This document shows positions 1-10,640 of a DNA stretch of 64,000 nt, one piece after another. Made by a program: the position numbers and the translations under genes. Positions within the stretch are counted from its first letter, which is position 1. Each line of letters starts with the position of its first letter. The notes under the pieces were generated by a model. It was not told the origin of the DNA. It saw only the letters and a list, made by a program, of their open reading frames with translations, and did no database searches. The stretch comes from an uncultured Alphaproteobacteria bacterium (GTDB lineage: Bacteria; Pseudomonadota; Alphaproteobacteria; Rhizobiales; Xanthobacteraceae): contig CAVVCW010000015.1 of NCBI GenBank assembly GCA_963746715.1, positions 852,429 to 916,428 of the forward strand, in the 5' to 3' direction.

Positions 1-1
1 C

Positions 2-628
2 TTCGTTGAACATCTCATCCACGCCTATGGCCTTTTGACGGTCGCGCTTATCGTCGGCCTGGAATGCATCGGCGTTCCACTGCCGGGCGAAACGGCGCTC
101 CTGGGCGCCGCCATCTATGCCGGCACCAAACACGATCTGAACATTGTCGCGGTGATTTTGACGGCGGCTGCCGCCGCAATCGTCGGCCGCATCGTCGGTT
201 ATGCGCTCGGCCGAGGGTTTGGCTATTGGCTATTGCTGCGCTACGGCAGCTATGTGCGGATAACGGAGGCGAGGATCAAACTCGGCCAATATCTGTTCCT
301 GCGCCACGGCGGCAAGATCGTCTTCATCGCGCAATTCGTCCCGGTGCTGCGGACTTTTGCCGGGATATTCGCCGGCGCCAATATGATGCCGTGGCGCGAT
401 TTTCTGTTCGCCAATGTGGTGGGCTCGGTGATCTGGTCGGTGACTTATGGTTACGCGGCCTATGCGCTGGGGCGGCAATTCGAGCGCCTGGAAGGCCCGG
501 TCGTGATCTTTATCGCCGTGATCACCGTCGTGGGGTTCGTCGTTGGTGGTATTTTTGTCAATCGGCATGAGCAACAGCTTTTGGCCGAAGCCGAACGGGC
601 AATGCCGGGGCCGCTGAAACTGCCGTAG
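2..628 (+). CDS. DedA family membrane protein (5' partial, open to window start)
   Basis: The reading frame continues upstream of the TTG at 35 to the window edge. Multi-TM protein with a DedA/SNARE-associated type core (GLECIGVPLPGE ... FIAQFVPVLRTFAGIFAG). Confidence 0.8.
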   Translation, partial: FVEHLIHAYGLLTVALIVGLECIGVPLPGETALLGAAIYAGTKHDLNIVAVILTAAAAAIVGRIVGYALGRGFGYWLLLRYGSYVRITEARIKLGQYLFLRHGGKIVFIAQFVPVLRTFAGIFAGANMMPWRDFLFANVVGSVIWSVTYGYAAYALGRQFERLEGPVVIFIAVITVVGFVVGGIFVNRHEQQLLAEAERAMPGPLKLP

Positions 629-667
629 CCGTCAAAGCCGGCGTTTCCCGGCTGCTCCAAGCTCTCC

Positions 668-696
668 TTGAACCCATTGATCGGCATAGCCATATT
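668..696 (+). promoter_or_regulatory. Candidate promoter of hsp20 (TTGAAC-N17-CATATT)
   Basis: TTGAAC at 668-673, a 17-nt spacer, then CATATT at 691-696. This lies about 85 nt upstream of the hsp20 ATG. It can also be read as a CTTGAA ... CCATAT RpoH-like motif, so the sigma factor is ambiguous. Confidence 0.4.
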
Positions 697-703
697 GCTC
701 TGT

Positions 704-782
704 GATCGGGCGGGTGAACCGCACGGTCATGGGGCGCCATAACGGGCCCCGGCAAAGTCGCTTAGCCAAGGACTTTGAAACC
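704..782 (+). promoter_or_regulatory. ROSE-like RNA thermometer in the hsp20 5' UTR
   Basis: The final hairpin (753-777) is CAAAGUC-G-CUU [AGCC] AAGGACUUUG. It pairs the SD AAGGA (768-772) with a UCGCU anti-SD and leaves a single bulged G (760). The AUG is at 783. Further hairpins can form at about 706-730 and 731-750. This architecture matches ROSE elements of rhizobial small hsp genes. Confidence 0.55.
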
Positions 783-1208
783 ATGTCCAGGGTTTCGTCG
801 CTTTCCAGTCCCTTTTTGCTTGGTTTCGACGAGATCGAGCGGGTGCTCGATCGGGTCGGCAAGGCCGCAGACGGGTATCCTCCTTACAATATCGAGCGCG
901 TCGCCCGCGACGGTAACAGTCCCGAGCGCCTGCGCATCACGCTTGCGGTGGCGGGCTTTACCCGCGCCGAGCTCGATGTCACGGTGGAGGAAAGCCAGCT
1001 CGTTATTCGCGGCCGCCAGCAAGACGACAAAAGCCGCCAATACATCCACCGCGGTATTGCCGCGCGCCAATTCCAGCGTACCTTCGTGCTGGCGGACGGC
1101 ATGGAAGTGTTGGGCGCGGACTTGAAGAACGGATTGCTGTCGATCGATCTGGTGCGCCCGCAACCTGAGCGCATCGTTAAATCGATTTCAATCAAAGAGT
1201 GCGAATAA
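783..1208 (+). CDS. Small heat-shock protein, Hsp20/alpha-crystallin family (IbpA-like)
   Basis: Internal ATG at 783 preceded by an AAGGA SD. Alpha-crystallin domain sequence (YPPYNIERV ... LRITLAVAGF ... LVIRG ... GIAARQFQRTFVLADGMEV ... GLLSIDL). Confidence 0.9.
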   Translation: MSRVSSLSSPFLLGFDEIERVLDRVGKAADGYPPYNIERVARDGNSPERLRITLAVAGFTRAELDVTVEESQLVIRGRQQDDKSRQYIHRGIAARQFQRTFVLADGMEVLGADLKNGLLSIDLVRPQPERIVKSISIKECE

Positions 1209-1252
1209 GAAACCGGTAGGACTCGACCGCAACAGAGAAAGGATCGAGGGCC

Positions 1253-1552
1253 ATGAACGAGACTAAGCACGAGACGAATCGTGACGGTGCAACTCGCGCC
1301 GAGACCGCACTAAAGTTTTCACCGGAAGCGCTCGCCCAACTCGGCGACGGCCACATCGCCTATGTAAAGGCGGTCCGCATCGAGGATTTCCGCAAGCAGT
1401 TTCCGCAAGCCGATGTGCCGAAGCTCGACCCCGGCCAGGTGCTGTTTGCGCTGCACGCCGCCGACGGCACGCCGATCATGCTGACCGACAGCCGCGAGTC
1501 GGCGGTCGCCAATGCCTGGAGCCAGGAGCTGGAGACAGTCAGCCTGCACTGA
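1253..1552 (+). CDS. DUF1150 family protein
   Basis: 99-aa ORF 44 nt after hsp20. The motif HIAYVK ... LFALHAADGTPIMLTDSRESA is typical of the DUF1150 partner of rhizobial small hsp genes. Confidence 0.75.
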   Translation: MNETKHETNRDGATRAETALKFSPEALAQLGDGHIAYVKAVRIEDFRKQFPQADVPKLDPGQVLFALHAADGTPIMLTDSRESAVANAWSQELETVSLH

Positions 1553-1622
1553 GCGGGATCAAGGCTGCGAAGAGCGGCCGGCGGTAAGTAGATATCCGTA
1601 AGCAGATATCAGTCATCAGAAT

Positions 1623-1657
1623 GGGGCCGTGCGGATATCGCCGGCCCCATTTTGTTT
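1623..1657 (+). terminator. Rho-independent terminator after the DUF1150 gene
   Basis: GGGGCCG (1623-1629) pairs with CGGCCCC (1642-1648) and is followed by ATTTTGTTT. It sits between the convergent DUF1150 gene and ptsN. Confidence 0.55.
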
Positions 1658-1682
1658 GATCGCGTTTGTTTCGACCGCGCGG

Positions 1683-2144
1683 CTAGGCTGCCGACGCCGA
1701 CGGCATCGCCAGCACCGCGTAGAGCGCTTCGGCGTCGTGCGAGCCGCGCAGCTTGTGGGTGATCGTGGGATCGCGCAACAGCCGCGCGATCCGCGCCAGC
1801 GCCTTGAGATGATCGGCGCCGGCGCCTTCCGGCGCCAGCAGCAGAAAAACGAGATCGACCGGCTGATTGTCGAGCGCTTCGAAATCGATCGGGCGCTCGA
1901 GGCGCGCGAACAATCCGAACAGCCGTGTCAGCGTCGGCAACTTGCCATGCGGGATGGCGATGCCGTTGCCGACCGCCGTCGAGCCGAGCTTTTCACGCTG
2001 CATCAGGATGTCGAAAATCGCACGCTCGTTCTGTCCGGTAAGCATGGCTGCGCGCGCCGCCAGTTCATGCAGCACCTGCTTCTTGCCGTTGACCTTGAGC
2101 GCCGGGAGGATCGCATTCGGCGCGACGAGATCGGTGAGCGTCAT
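1683..2144 (-). CDS. ptsN: PTS IIA-like nitrogen regulatory protein PtsN (EIIA-Ntr)
   Basis: 153 aa with the EIIA-Ntr active-site region GNGIAIPHGKL. Conserved position downstream of rpoN-hpf. Confidence 0.9.
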   Translation of the reverse strand: MTLTDLVAPNAILPALKVNGKKQVLHELAARAAMLTGQNERAIFDILMQREKLGSTAVGNGIAIPHGKLPTLTRLFGLFARLERPIDFEALDNQPVDLVFLLLAPEGAGADHLKALARIARLLRDPTITHKLRGSHDAEALYAVLAMPSASAA

Positions 2145-2343
2145 GATGAAGAGCCTGAAGTGAGTCGGAACCTGAAAAAAGAGCGAGGGCGCGAGAGCGT
2201 CGGTGACTATTGGTCGCGGCGGAAACGGGGTTCATTTTCGCATCGGAGCATGAACTTTGCCCGAAAAACCGGTGTCCAAACCGTGCCAACCTTCTTGGCA
2301 CTCTGCGAAAGGCGGCGGACCATAAGGAGGCACCGCTGCGGCG

Positions 2344-2946
2344 TCAATGGGCATCGGTGGATGAAAGCGCCGGCGGATCGATCCAGCCGAAATGGCCGTC
2401 GGCGCGTCGGTAGACGATGTTGACGCCGCCATGTGCGGCATGCCGGAACACCAAAACCGGAGCTCCAGTCAGATCGAGTTCGGTCACCGCGTCGCTGACC
2501 GATAGTTGTTTCAAGGTCGTGGTCAATTCGGCGATGATGACCGGGGTAAAGGCGTCGATGTCCGCCTCGTCCGCCGGCTGCGGCGCCGCGATGATATAGC
2601 TTGCCGCATCGACGGCGGCCCAGTCCGCCGCGCGCGTTTCGTTGCGCTCGGGGCGATGGCCTTTCAGCCGCCGATGATAGCGGCGCAGCCGCTTTTCGAT
2701 GAGTGCCGCCGCCTGGTCGGCGCTGGCATAGGCGTCGGGCGCCATGCCGTCGGCGTGCAGCGTGATTTTCGAATCGAGATGGATCGCGCATTCGGTGCGG
2801 AAGCCAAAACCGTCGCGCGTGAGCGTAAGGTGCCCGGAATAGCCTCCGTCAAAATACTTACCTACCGTCTCGGCAATCCGGTCGCTGATACGGTCGCGCA
2901 GCGCGTCGCCAATATCGAGATTCTTCCCGGACACGCGAAATGTCAT
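2344..2946 (-). CDS. hpf: Ribosome hibernation promoting factor (long form)
   Basis: Starts at MTFRVSGKNLDIGDALR (ATG at 2946), inside a longer artefactual ORF that runs to 3627. About 200 aa with a C-terminal dimerisation-type extension. Lies between rpoN and ptsN. Confidence 0.85.
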   Translation of the reverse strand: MTFRVSGKNLDIGDALRDRISDRIAETVGKYFDGGYSGHLTLTRDGFGFRTECAIHLDSKITLHADGMAPDAYASADQAAALIEKRLRRYHRRLKGHRPERNETRAADWAAVDAASYIIAAPQPADEADIDAFTPVIIAELTTTLKQLSVSDAVTELDLTGAPVLVFRHAAHGGVNIVYRRADGHFGWIDPPALSSTDAH

Positions 2947-3134
2947 GGCAGCCTCCGCAATGTGACGAGCGCCTCGGTCATCGGCGCTTTGGATACGGAC
3001 CGCTCGCGATCGATATCCCCGTATAACACTCTGACTCGAGCTAGGTATCGGCCGCCGCACTGTCAACGCGGCGGTGCGGCGCGCCCGTCGCCCGATGCGT
3101 TGCGCGCTTTGCGCTGAATTGAGCGGAGATCGAT

Positions 3135-4667
3135 CTAATCCTTGGCGGCGACTTGCTTCTCGCGCCGCCGCTGCACCGATGACGGAATGCGCATCGCCTC
3201 GCGGTATTTGGCGACGGTGCGCCGCGCGATATCGACGCCGGCCTCGCGTAGCTTCTCGACGATCGTGTCGTCGGACAAGACATCGGCGGCGGGTTCGGCA
3301 TCGATCAATTGCTTGATACGGTGCCGCACCAATTCGGCAGAATGGGCTTCGCCGCCATGCGCCGCCGCGATTGCCGACGTGAAGAAATATTTCAGTTCGA
3401 AAATGCCGCGGCTCGTCGCCATATATTTGTTGGCGGTGACGCGCGACACCGTCAATTCGTGCATGCTGATGGCTTCGGCGACGGTTTTCAGATTGAGCGG
3501 GCGCAGATACTCGACGCCGTGGGCGAAAAACGCGTCCTGCTGACGCACGATCTCGTTGGAGACTTTGAGAATGGTGCGGGCGCGCTGATCGAGCGCGCGG
3601 ACGAGCCAGGTGGCGCTCTGCAAACATTCGGTGAGGTAGGATTTGTCGGTGTCGCGGCGCGCAGTGGCCGACACCTCCGAATAGTAGCTCTGATTGATCA
3701 GAACTTTCGGCAGCGTGTCGGAATTCAACTCGACGAGCCAGGCGCCGTCCGGCGCTGGCCGCACGAACACGTCGGGTACGATCGGCTGCACCAGTGCCGA
3801 GCCGAATGCGTGGCCGGGCTTCGGGTTAAGCCTGCGCACTTCCGCGATCATGTCGGTGAGATCTTCGTCGCCGACGCCGCAGATTTTCTTCAGCGCCGAG
3901 AAATCGCGCTTGGCCAATAGATCGAGCCGCGAGATCAAGGCTTGCATCGCCGGATCGTAGCGGTCGTTTTCCTTGAGCTGGATCGCCAGGCACTCGGCGA
4001 GATCGCGTGCGCAAATTCCCGGCGGATCGAAAGTCTGGAGAACGGCCAGCACGGCCTCGACTTCCGCAACGCCGGTGCCGAGCTTCTCCGCGGCGGCAGC
4101 GAGATCGCCGCTCAGATATCCGGAATCGTCGACAAGATCGATCAGGTATTGACCGATCATGCGCTGCACCGGACTGGCGATCGCAAGCGTGAGCTGTTCG
4201 CGCAGCCAGTCGGCCAGCGTGGTTTCGGCGGAAACGAAGGCTTCAAGATTGTACTCGCCGTCGTCGCGGCCGCCGGAGCCGGTGCTGGCCCATTCCGAAT
4301 AGGCGGCCGGGCCGTCCGCAGCGCGCGCCGGCACGGGCTCGCTGTCGTCGTTATAGTTCTCGCCGGGCCCGGTGCCGGGCGTGTCGTCGTGGACGTGGCC
4401 GTTCAGTTCGAGTTCACCGCCGGCGTCACTGCCGTTAGGCGCCTCGCCGCCGAGTATCGGCTGATCCGGCGCGGCCTCGCCGTCGGCCTCGCCGGCCGGC
4501 TCGGCTTCAGCGCCATGGTCGAGCAGCGGGTTGCGCTCGAGCTCGGCCTCGACATAAGCAACCAGATCGAGATTGGAGAGCTGCAGCAGCTTGATGGCCT
4601 GCATCAGCTGCGGCGTCATCACCAGCGCTTGGCTTTGCCGTATCTGCAGTCTTTGCGAGAGCGCCAT
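3135..4667 (-). CDS. rpoN: RNA polymerase sigma-54 factor RpoN
   Basis: N-terminus MALSQRLQIRQSQALVMTPQLMQAIKLLQLSN (region I). C-terminal RpoN box ARRTVAKYREAMRIPSS. ATG chosen at 4667. Confidence 0.95.
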   Translation of the reverse strand: MALSQRLQIRQSQALVMTPQLMQAIKLLQLSNLDLVAYVEAELERNPLLDHGAEAEPAGEADGEAAPDQPILGGEAPNGSDAGGELELNGHVHDDTPGTGPGENYNDDSEPVPARAADGPAAYSEWASTGSGGRDDGEYNLEAFVSAETTLADWLREQLTLAIASPVQRMIGQYLIDLVDDSGYLSGDLAAAAEKLGTGVAEVEAVLAVLQTFDPPGICARDLAECLAIQLKENDRYDPAMQALISRLDLLAKRDFSALKKICGVGDEDLTDMIAEVRRLNPKPGHAFGSALVQPIVPDVFVRPAPDGAWLVELNSDTLPKVLINQSYYSEVSATARRDTDKSYLTECLQSATWLVRALDQRARTILKVSNEIVRQQDAFFAHGVEYLRPLNLKTVAEAISMHELTVSRVTANKYMATSRGIFELKYFFTSAIAAAHGGEAHSAELVRHRIKQLIDAEPAADVLSDDTIVEKLREAGVDIARRTVAKYREAMRIPSSVQRRREKQVAAKD

Positions 4668-5029
4668 GAGGGCCTGTGGCGTATGCGACTTTTGACGTGG
4701 CTGACCAGTAACTTGGTCCAATTCTTGCTTATTTGTTTATCGTATATCTTCGAGGGCGTCGCCAGCCTATTTTTGTCAGGCTTAAGAGCCGCAGGCCTAT
4801 CCCCAAATACCTCTATCGGCAGCGGTTTTTAACGCCCGCCGATTTTTTGCTTATTTTTTAGGCGAGCTTGCCCTTTTCGGCGCCTCGTCATTTGACCTCG
4901 CAGCCGCTCTGGCAGCGCGTCATTGCGCCGCTGTGCTCGGATTCCAATTCTCCGCCGGAAGCACGCCGTCGCCGAATCGTTCTTCCTGCCCGCCGACGAG
5001 GTTGGTCCGTGCCCGCGCTGCTGCTATGA

Positions 5030-6571
5030 GTGCGGCCTTGGGACAGGTGCTGGGTTGAGGGGTGCTTTGTGGCTTTATTCAGCGTCACGGCGGTGCCGGA
5101 ACGGCGCTACCAGTCGGTAGTGATCGGCACGATTCTCACTCTCGTCGCCGTGCGTCTGGTCTTTGCTGGGATGGCGCCGCTCAGCTTTGACGAAAGCCTG
5201 TACTGGCTGTGGTCGAAGCACATTGTCGGCGGCTACCTCGATCATCCGCCGGTCAATCCCTTTCTCATCAGGATCGGCACGACGCTGTTCGGCAATACCG
5301 AGTTCGGCGTGCGCGCCATTGGCGTCCTGCTGGCGCTGCCGGCGAGTTGGGCGATCTGGCGGTCCGGCGCAATCCTGTTCAATGACGACCGGGTCGGCGC
5401 CACGGCTGCGCTCTATTTCAACCTGACCATCCTCATGGCGGCCGGCTCGGCGCTGGCGACGCCTGACAATGCGCTGGTGGTTTCGACCGCATTCTTGATG
5501 CTCACTTTGGTCAAGCTTCAGGAGACCGGGCGCGGCGAATGGTGGCTCGCCGTCGGCGTCGCGTTCGGCGTCGGGATGTTGTCGAAATACACGACGATTT
5601 TCTTTTCGGTGAGCATTCTCGCCTGGGTGTTGATCGTGCCGCAGCAGCGCAAATGGCTGCTGACGCCGTGGCCGTGGATCTCCGGCCTGATCGCGATCGC
5701 GGTGTTTTCGCCGACATTGATCTGGAACGCCGAGCACGACTGGGCCTCGTATCATTATCAGTTCAATCGGCTCGTCGTGCACCAATGGTCGCTGCGCTAT
5801 CTCGGCGAGTTCTTCGTCGTGCAGATGGGCATGGCGACGCCGCCGATTTTCGTGCTCGGCTGCCTGGGCCTGGCGGCGATGATCAAGGGCGAGGGCGGCC
5901 CGCAGCCGTCGTGCGTTTTCATCAACGCGATGGTGTGGCCGCTCGTGATCTATTTCGTGTGGCACACCTTTCACGACCGCGTCGAAGGCAATTGGCCGGA
6001 GCCGGTCTATGTGCCGTTTGTCATCGCCGCGGCGGTCGCGGCCGAGCGCGTAAAGTTCGACGCGACCTGGGCGCCACTTGCGTCGTGGTCGCAGCGGCTT
6101 GCCGTGCCGGTCGGGCTCGGCATCGCGGCTTGCCTGTATTTGCAGGCGGTGTTCGGCGTGCTGCCGCTCGGCCGGGCCGACCCGACGGCGCGGGCGCTCG
6201 GCGCCGGTTGGAAAGAGCTCGCGGTAAAGCTGGACGACGTGCGCACCCGCATCGGCGCGCCGATCGTGTTGACGACGGAATATGGTGTTGCGGGCTGGCT
6301 CGAATTCTATCTGCCCTCGCACCCGGTCGTGACGCAGGTCAACGAGCGCATGCGCTATGTCGATCTGCCCCAGCCCGACCCGGCTTTGTTCCAGGGCACC
6401 AGCATGTATGTCTGCCAGACGCCCTGCGACGCGGTTTCCCTGTTGCAGCAAAAATTCGGTAAAGTGGACTTGGTGGCGACTTTCCCGCGGACCCGCCACG
6501 GCGTTACCATCCGCGAATATTCGGCCTATAGCCTGTCCGGGCCGATCGGGCAGGTTCTCGACCCGCCGTAA
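5030..6571 (+). CDS. ArnT-like GT-C glycosyltransferase (family 39/83, PMT_2 type), polytopic membrane protein
   Basis: 513-aa multi-TM ORF (GTG start, uncertain). N-terminal motif FDESLYWLWS ... GYLDHPP is typical of polyprenyl-phosphate-sugar dependent ArnT/PMT-like transferases. Confidence 0.8.
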   Translation: MRPWDRCWVEGCFVALFSVTAVPERRYQSVVIGTILTLVAVRLVFAGMAPLSFDESLYWLWSKHIVGGYLDHPPVNPFLIRIGTTLFGNTEFGVRAIGVLLALPASWAIWRSGAILFNDDRVGATAALYFNLTILMAAGSALATPDNALVVSTAFLMLTLVKLQETGRGEWWLAVGVAFGVGMLSKYTTIFFSVSILAWVLIVPQQRKWLLTPWPWISGLIAIAVFSPTLIWNAEHDWASYHYQFNRLVVHQWSLRYLGEFFVVQMGMATPPIFVLGCLGLAAMIKGEGGPQPSCVFINAMVWPLVIYFVWHTFHDRVEGNWPEPVYVPFVIAAAVAAERVKFDATWAPLASWSQRLAVPVGLGIAACLYLQAVFGVLPLGRADPTARALGAGWKELAVKLDDVRTRIGAPIVLTTEYGVAGWLEFYLPSHPVVTQVNERMRYVDLPQPDPALFQGTSMYVCQTPCDAVSLLQQKFGKVDLVATFPRTRHGVTIREYSAYSLSGPIGQVLDPP

Positions 6572-6612
6572 GCCGGCGGCCGTAACGAGGCGGCAGCCGT
6601 AACGAGGCAGAT

Positions 6613-7665
6613 GTGAACGAGCAACTTCGCGTATCGATGCCGCCGCCGCAGGACGCGCGTCCGCGCCCGCGGCTGTCCATCGTTGCGCCCTGCTACAACG
6701 AAGAGGCCGGCCTCGAAGAGTTTCACCGGCGCGTGAGCGCGGCCGCCAAAGAGGCCGCCGGCAGCGACTACGAGCTGGTCCTGGTCAATGACGGTTCAGA
6801 CGACAGGACTTGGGAGATCATGGTCGAACTCGCCAAGTGCGATCCGCAATTGGTGGCGGTCAATCTGTCGCGCCGCCACGGTCATCAGCGCGCGATGACG
6901 GCGGGCCTGCATTCCTGCCGCGGCGACCGCGTTCTGACCATCAATTCCGACCTGCAAGATCCGCCGGAACTGCTCGGCGAGATGTGGCGTCTCATGGATC
7001 GCGTCGACGCCGACGTCGTCTATGGCCAGCGCCGCGAGCGGCAGGGCGAAACCATACTCAAGCGCGGCACGGCGGCTTTGTTCTATCGGCTGTTGCGGCA
7101 GCTCGCCGACGGCGACATGCCGGTCGACAGCGGCGACTTTCGCCTCATGAGCCGCAAGGTCATCGACATTCTCAATTCGATGCCGGAGCAGCAGCGCTTC
7201 ATCCGCGGCATGGTGAGCTGGATCGGCCTGCGCCAAGTGGCGCTCGCTTATGATCGGGCGCCGCGCACCACCGGCTCCAGCAACTATTCGATCGGGCGGA
7301 TGTTCGGGCTTGCCTTCGACGCGCTGACCTCGTTCTCGATCATGCCACTGCGGCTCGCGTCTTATCTCGGCATCATTGTCGGATTCTTGTCGCTGTTGAT
7401 GCTCGGCTACACGCTCGGCAGCTGGGCCTTCGGGCACGTCGTCGAAGGCTGGACCAGCTTGTCGACGCTCATTCTGGTGCTCGGCAGCATGCAGCTTATT
7501 CTGTTCGGCCTGCTCGGCGAATATGTCGGGCGGCTTTATCTGGAATCCAAGCGCCGGCCGCTCTTCGTCATCGACGAGATCCGCACCGGCGACAGTGCTA
7601 CGGCGTCGGCGCCCTATCAAATCGCCGGCGAACCGCGCGGCGTCCGCGGCGAGACTTTGAACTAA
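6613..7665 (+). CDS. GT2 polyprenyl-phosphate glycosyltransferase (ArnC/GtrB/DPM1-like)
   Basis: LSIVAPCYNEE ... LVLVNDGSDDRT ... DSDLQDPPE ... DSGDFRLM motifs plus two C-terminal TM helices. GTG start at 6613. Confidence 0.85.
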   Translation: MNEQLRVSMPPPQDARPRPRLSIVAPCYNEEAGLEEFHRRVSAAAKEAAGSDYELVLVNDGSDDRTWEIMVELAKCDPQLVAVNLSRRHGHQRAMTAGLHSCRGDRVLTINSDLQDPPELLGEMWRLMDRVDADVVYGQRRERQGETILKRGTAALFYRLLRQLADGDMPVDSGDFRLMSRKVIDILNSMPEQQRFIRGMVSWIGLRQVALAYDRAPRTTGSSNYSIGRMFGLAFDALTSFSIMPLRLASYLGIIVGFLSLLMLGYTLGSWAFGHVVEGWTSLSTLILVLGSMQLILFGLLGEYVGRLYLESKRRPLFVIDEIRTGDSATASAPYQIAGEPRGVRGETLN

Positions 7666-7685
7666 AACTTTAGATTTTACGATTG

Positions 7686-7733
7686 AGGCGTGATCTTTTC
7701 CGAAAACCGGCATCCCCTTTTCGGGATCATGCT

Positions 7734-7737
<4 letters not shown>
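7686..7737. repeat. GATC-flanked palindromic repeat, copy 1
   Basis: GGCGTGATCTTTTCCGAAAACCGG-CATCCCC-TTTTCGGGATCATGCTC. It shares a 19-nt exact run (GATCTTTTCCGAAAACCGG) with the reverse complement of the element at 19376-19424. Lies between a convergent gene pair (GT2 / lptB). Confidence 0.7.
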
Positions 7738-8972
<1,235 letters not shown>

Positions 8973-9095
8973 GGTCTTGGGAGGCCTCGCCTGCGGTTCC
9001 GGTATCCGACTATATAGCGGACTCTAGCCGAATTTCCGCATCGGGGCGGTGGTGGCGCGAATTGGGGCAGTTAATCGGCGGCCTTAAGCGGGGCG

Positions 9096-9782
9096 TCAAT
9101 TCGGGCCTGAATTCGTCTGGCCAGGCCCAATGGTCATGCCCTTTCCGGGCTGGATCAGCGCGCGAACGCGGGGGGTCTGTCCGGGCGTGCCGGTGCCGCC
9201 ATAGCTCGAGCCCAATTCCACCTTCGCACTTCCTGTGACCGTATCGACGACAACCTTTTCGCCGTGAATGATGTTCTGGCCCTGGCTGACCACGACATTG
9301 CCGCTCAAAGTGATGGTCTTGGTCTCCAAGTCATAAATGCCAGTGTCTCCCTTTACGTTCTGATCCTTGGTGAGGACGGTGACACCGCCGCGTGCTTCGA
9401 TGCGGCGAATATTCTGCGCGCCTTGCGGCATGCCGGGCGTGGACTTGGTCGTCGTCACTGGTGTCGCAGCGGGCTTGCCATTCCCGGCGATGCCGATTTC
9501 CTGACCGTAAAAGACGACGAGGCTTTGGCATTTCATCGTGGTGTCGCCTTGCACCACTTGTACATTGCCGGAGAACGTCGCGGTCTTGTTCTTGTCACGC
9601 ACTTCAAGGGTCGCCGCTTCAATCTGTACGGGCTGATCCTTTTTCTGATCGTTCATCATGCCCTGGAATGGGCCCGGCGCCGCAGTGTTCGTCGTCTGAG
9701 CGGCAGTCGGAGCTGCGGTCAAAACCGCCGCCACGGCGAGGCTCGCCAACGCGGCATGGAATTTTTGCCAGCGCCAGTTCAT
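9096..9782 (-). CDS. lptA: LPS transport periplasmic protein LptA (OstA family)
   Basis: Signal peptide followed by OstA-like beta-jellyroll repeats (IEAATLEVRDKNKTATFSGNVQVVQGDTTMKCQSLVVFY). Confidence 0.85.
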   Translation of the reverse strand: MNWRWQKFHAALASLAVAAVLTAAPTAAQTTNTAAPGPFQGMMNDQKKDQPVQIEAATLEVRDKNKTATFSGNVQVVQGDTTMKCQSLVVFYGQEIGIAGNGKPAATPVTTTKSTPGMPQGAQNIRRIEARGGVTVLTKDQNVKGDTGIYDLETKTITLSGNVVVSQGQNIIHGEKVVVDTVTGSAKVELGSSYGGTGTPGQTPRVRALIQPGKGMTIGPGQTNSGPN

Positions 9783-10489
9783 TGATCGCCGGCCTTTGCC
9801 GCATCGCTGGAGCCGTCTTTGCTGCTGCTTTTGCCCGGCTGCAGCGTCATTTCGACGCCACCGAAGCGAAGCACGCTGCCGTTGTCGGCAATGTCGAGCC
9901 GTTGCGCATTGAGCGATCCGTTGAGCATGTTCACCTGCACCGGCTTGTCGGAAGCGACGGTGCCTTTCTTGACGTCGATGACGGCTTCGCTCAGGTGGCC
10001 CGAATAGCCGCTCGACGACGACAGTTCGATATTCTCATTGAGGGTCAGGATCTCCGACTTCACGTTATAGATGCCGGAGACCGCCGACATTTCGACGGAG
10101 CTCTTGTCCGCCATTTCCATCTTGGCATGAAGCTTTTCCAGCTCGACAAGATCGGGTTTGGTCATGTCTTGCGCCGCCGCATCTGCGGAGAATTCGTAGG
10201 CGCGGGAATCGGCGGTGAATCCGGTCAGCCGCGGCGCCTCCATGGTAATCTTGGTGCCATGGATCACCAGGTTGCCGAGTTCGCCCGGCAGGCGGAGGCC
10301 GCCGATCGGCGGCATGTAGTTCATCGCCACCACGGCGAGGAGCAGCGCCGCAATTCCGACCGGCACGCTGATGCGCAGCAGCCGGACGTGGCGGCTGTGC
10401 TGTAACGCCGACCGGTAACTACGCTCAAAGTCGCCGCGCGACTTGGTGGCAAACCCTTTTGCCGCGCTATCCGGATACACAGTGGCCAA
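9779..10489 (-). CDS. lptC: LPS export system protein LptC
   Basis: N-terminal TM anchor plus an LptC fold region. Its stop overlaps the lptA start (ATGA). Conserved lptC-lptA-lptB order. Confidence 0.8.
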   Translation of the reverse strand: MATVYPDSAAKGFATKSRGDFERSYRSALQHSRHVRLLRISVPVGIAALLLAVVAMNYMPPIGGLRLPGELGNLVIHGTKITMEAPRLTGFTADSRAYEFSADAAAQDMTKPDLVELEKLHAKMEMADKSSVEMSAVSGIYNVKSEILTLNENIELSSSSGYSGHLSEAVIDVKKGTVASDKPVQVNMLNGSLNAQRLDIADNGSVLRFGGVEMTLQPGKSSSKDGSSDAAKAGDQ

Positions 10490-10640
10490 GCAGCGATCCT
10501 TCGAAAATCGCCCCGATTCGGGGGTAAGCCATGCTTTTAGCGGGCTTATCCGGTAAAAGTCGCTGGCGATTATGTCTCAGGCAGGGCCGGCTAAGCCTTC
10601 GGCCATCCCTGCAGACCTACCCCGCGGCGGCGCCGCCCCC

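Noticed and set aside
2947-3627. Upstream 227 codons of the 427-aa ORF that contains hpf.
   Set aside because: This portion is Arg-rich nonsense overlapping the 3' end of rpoN. The HPF homology begins exactly at the internal MTFRVSGKNL (ATG 2946).
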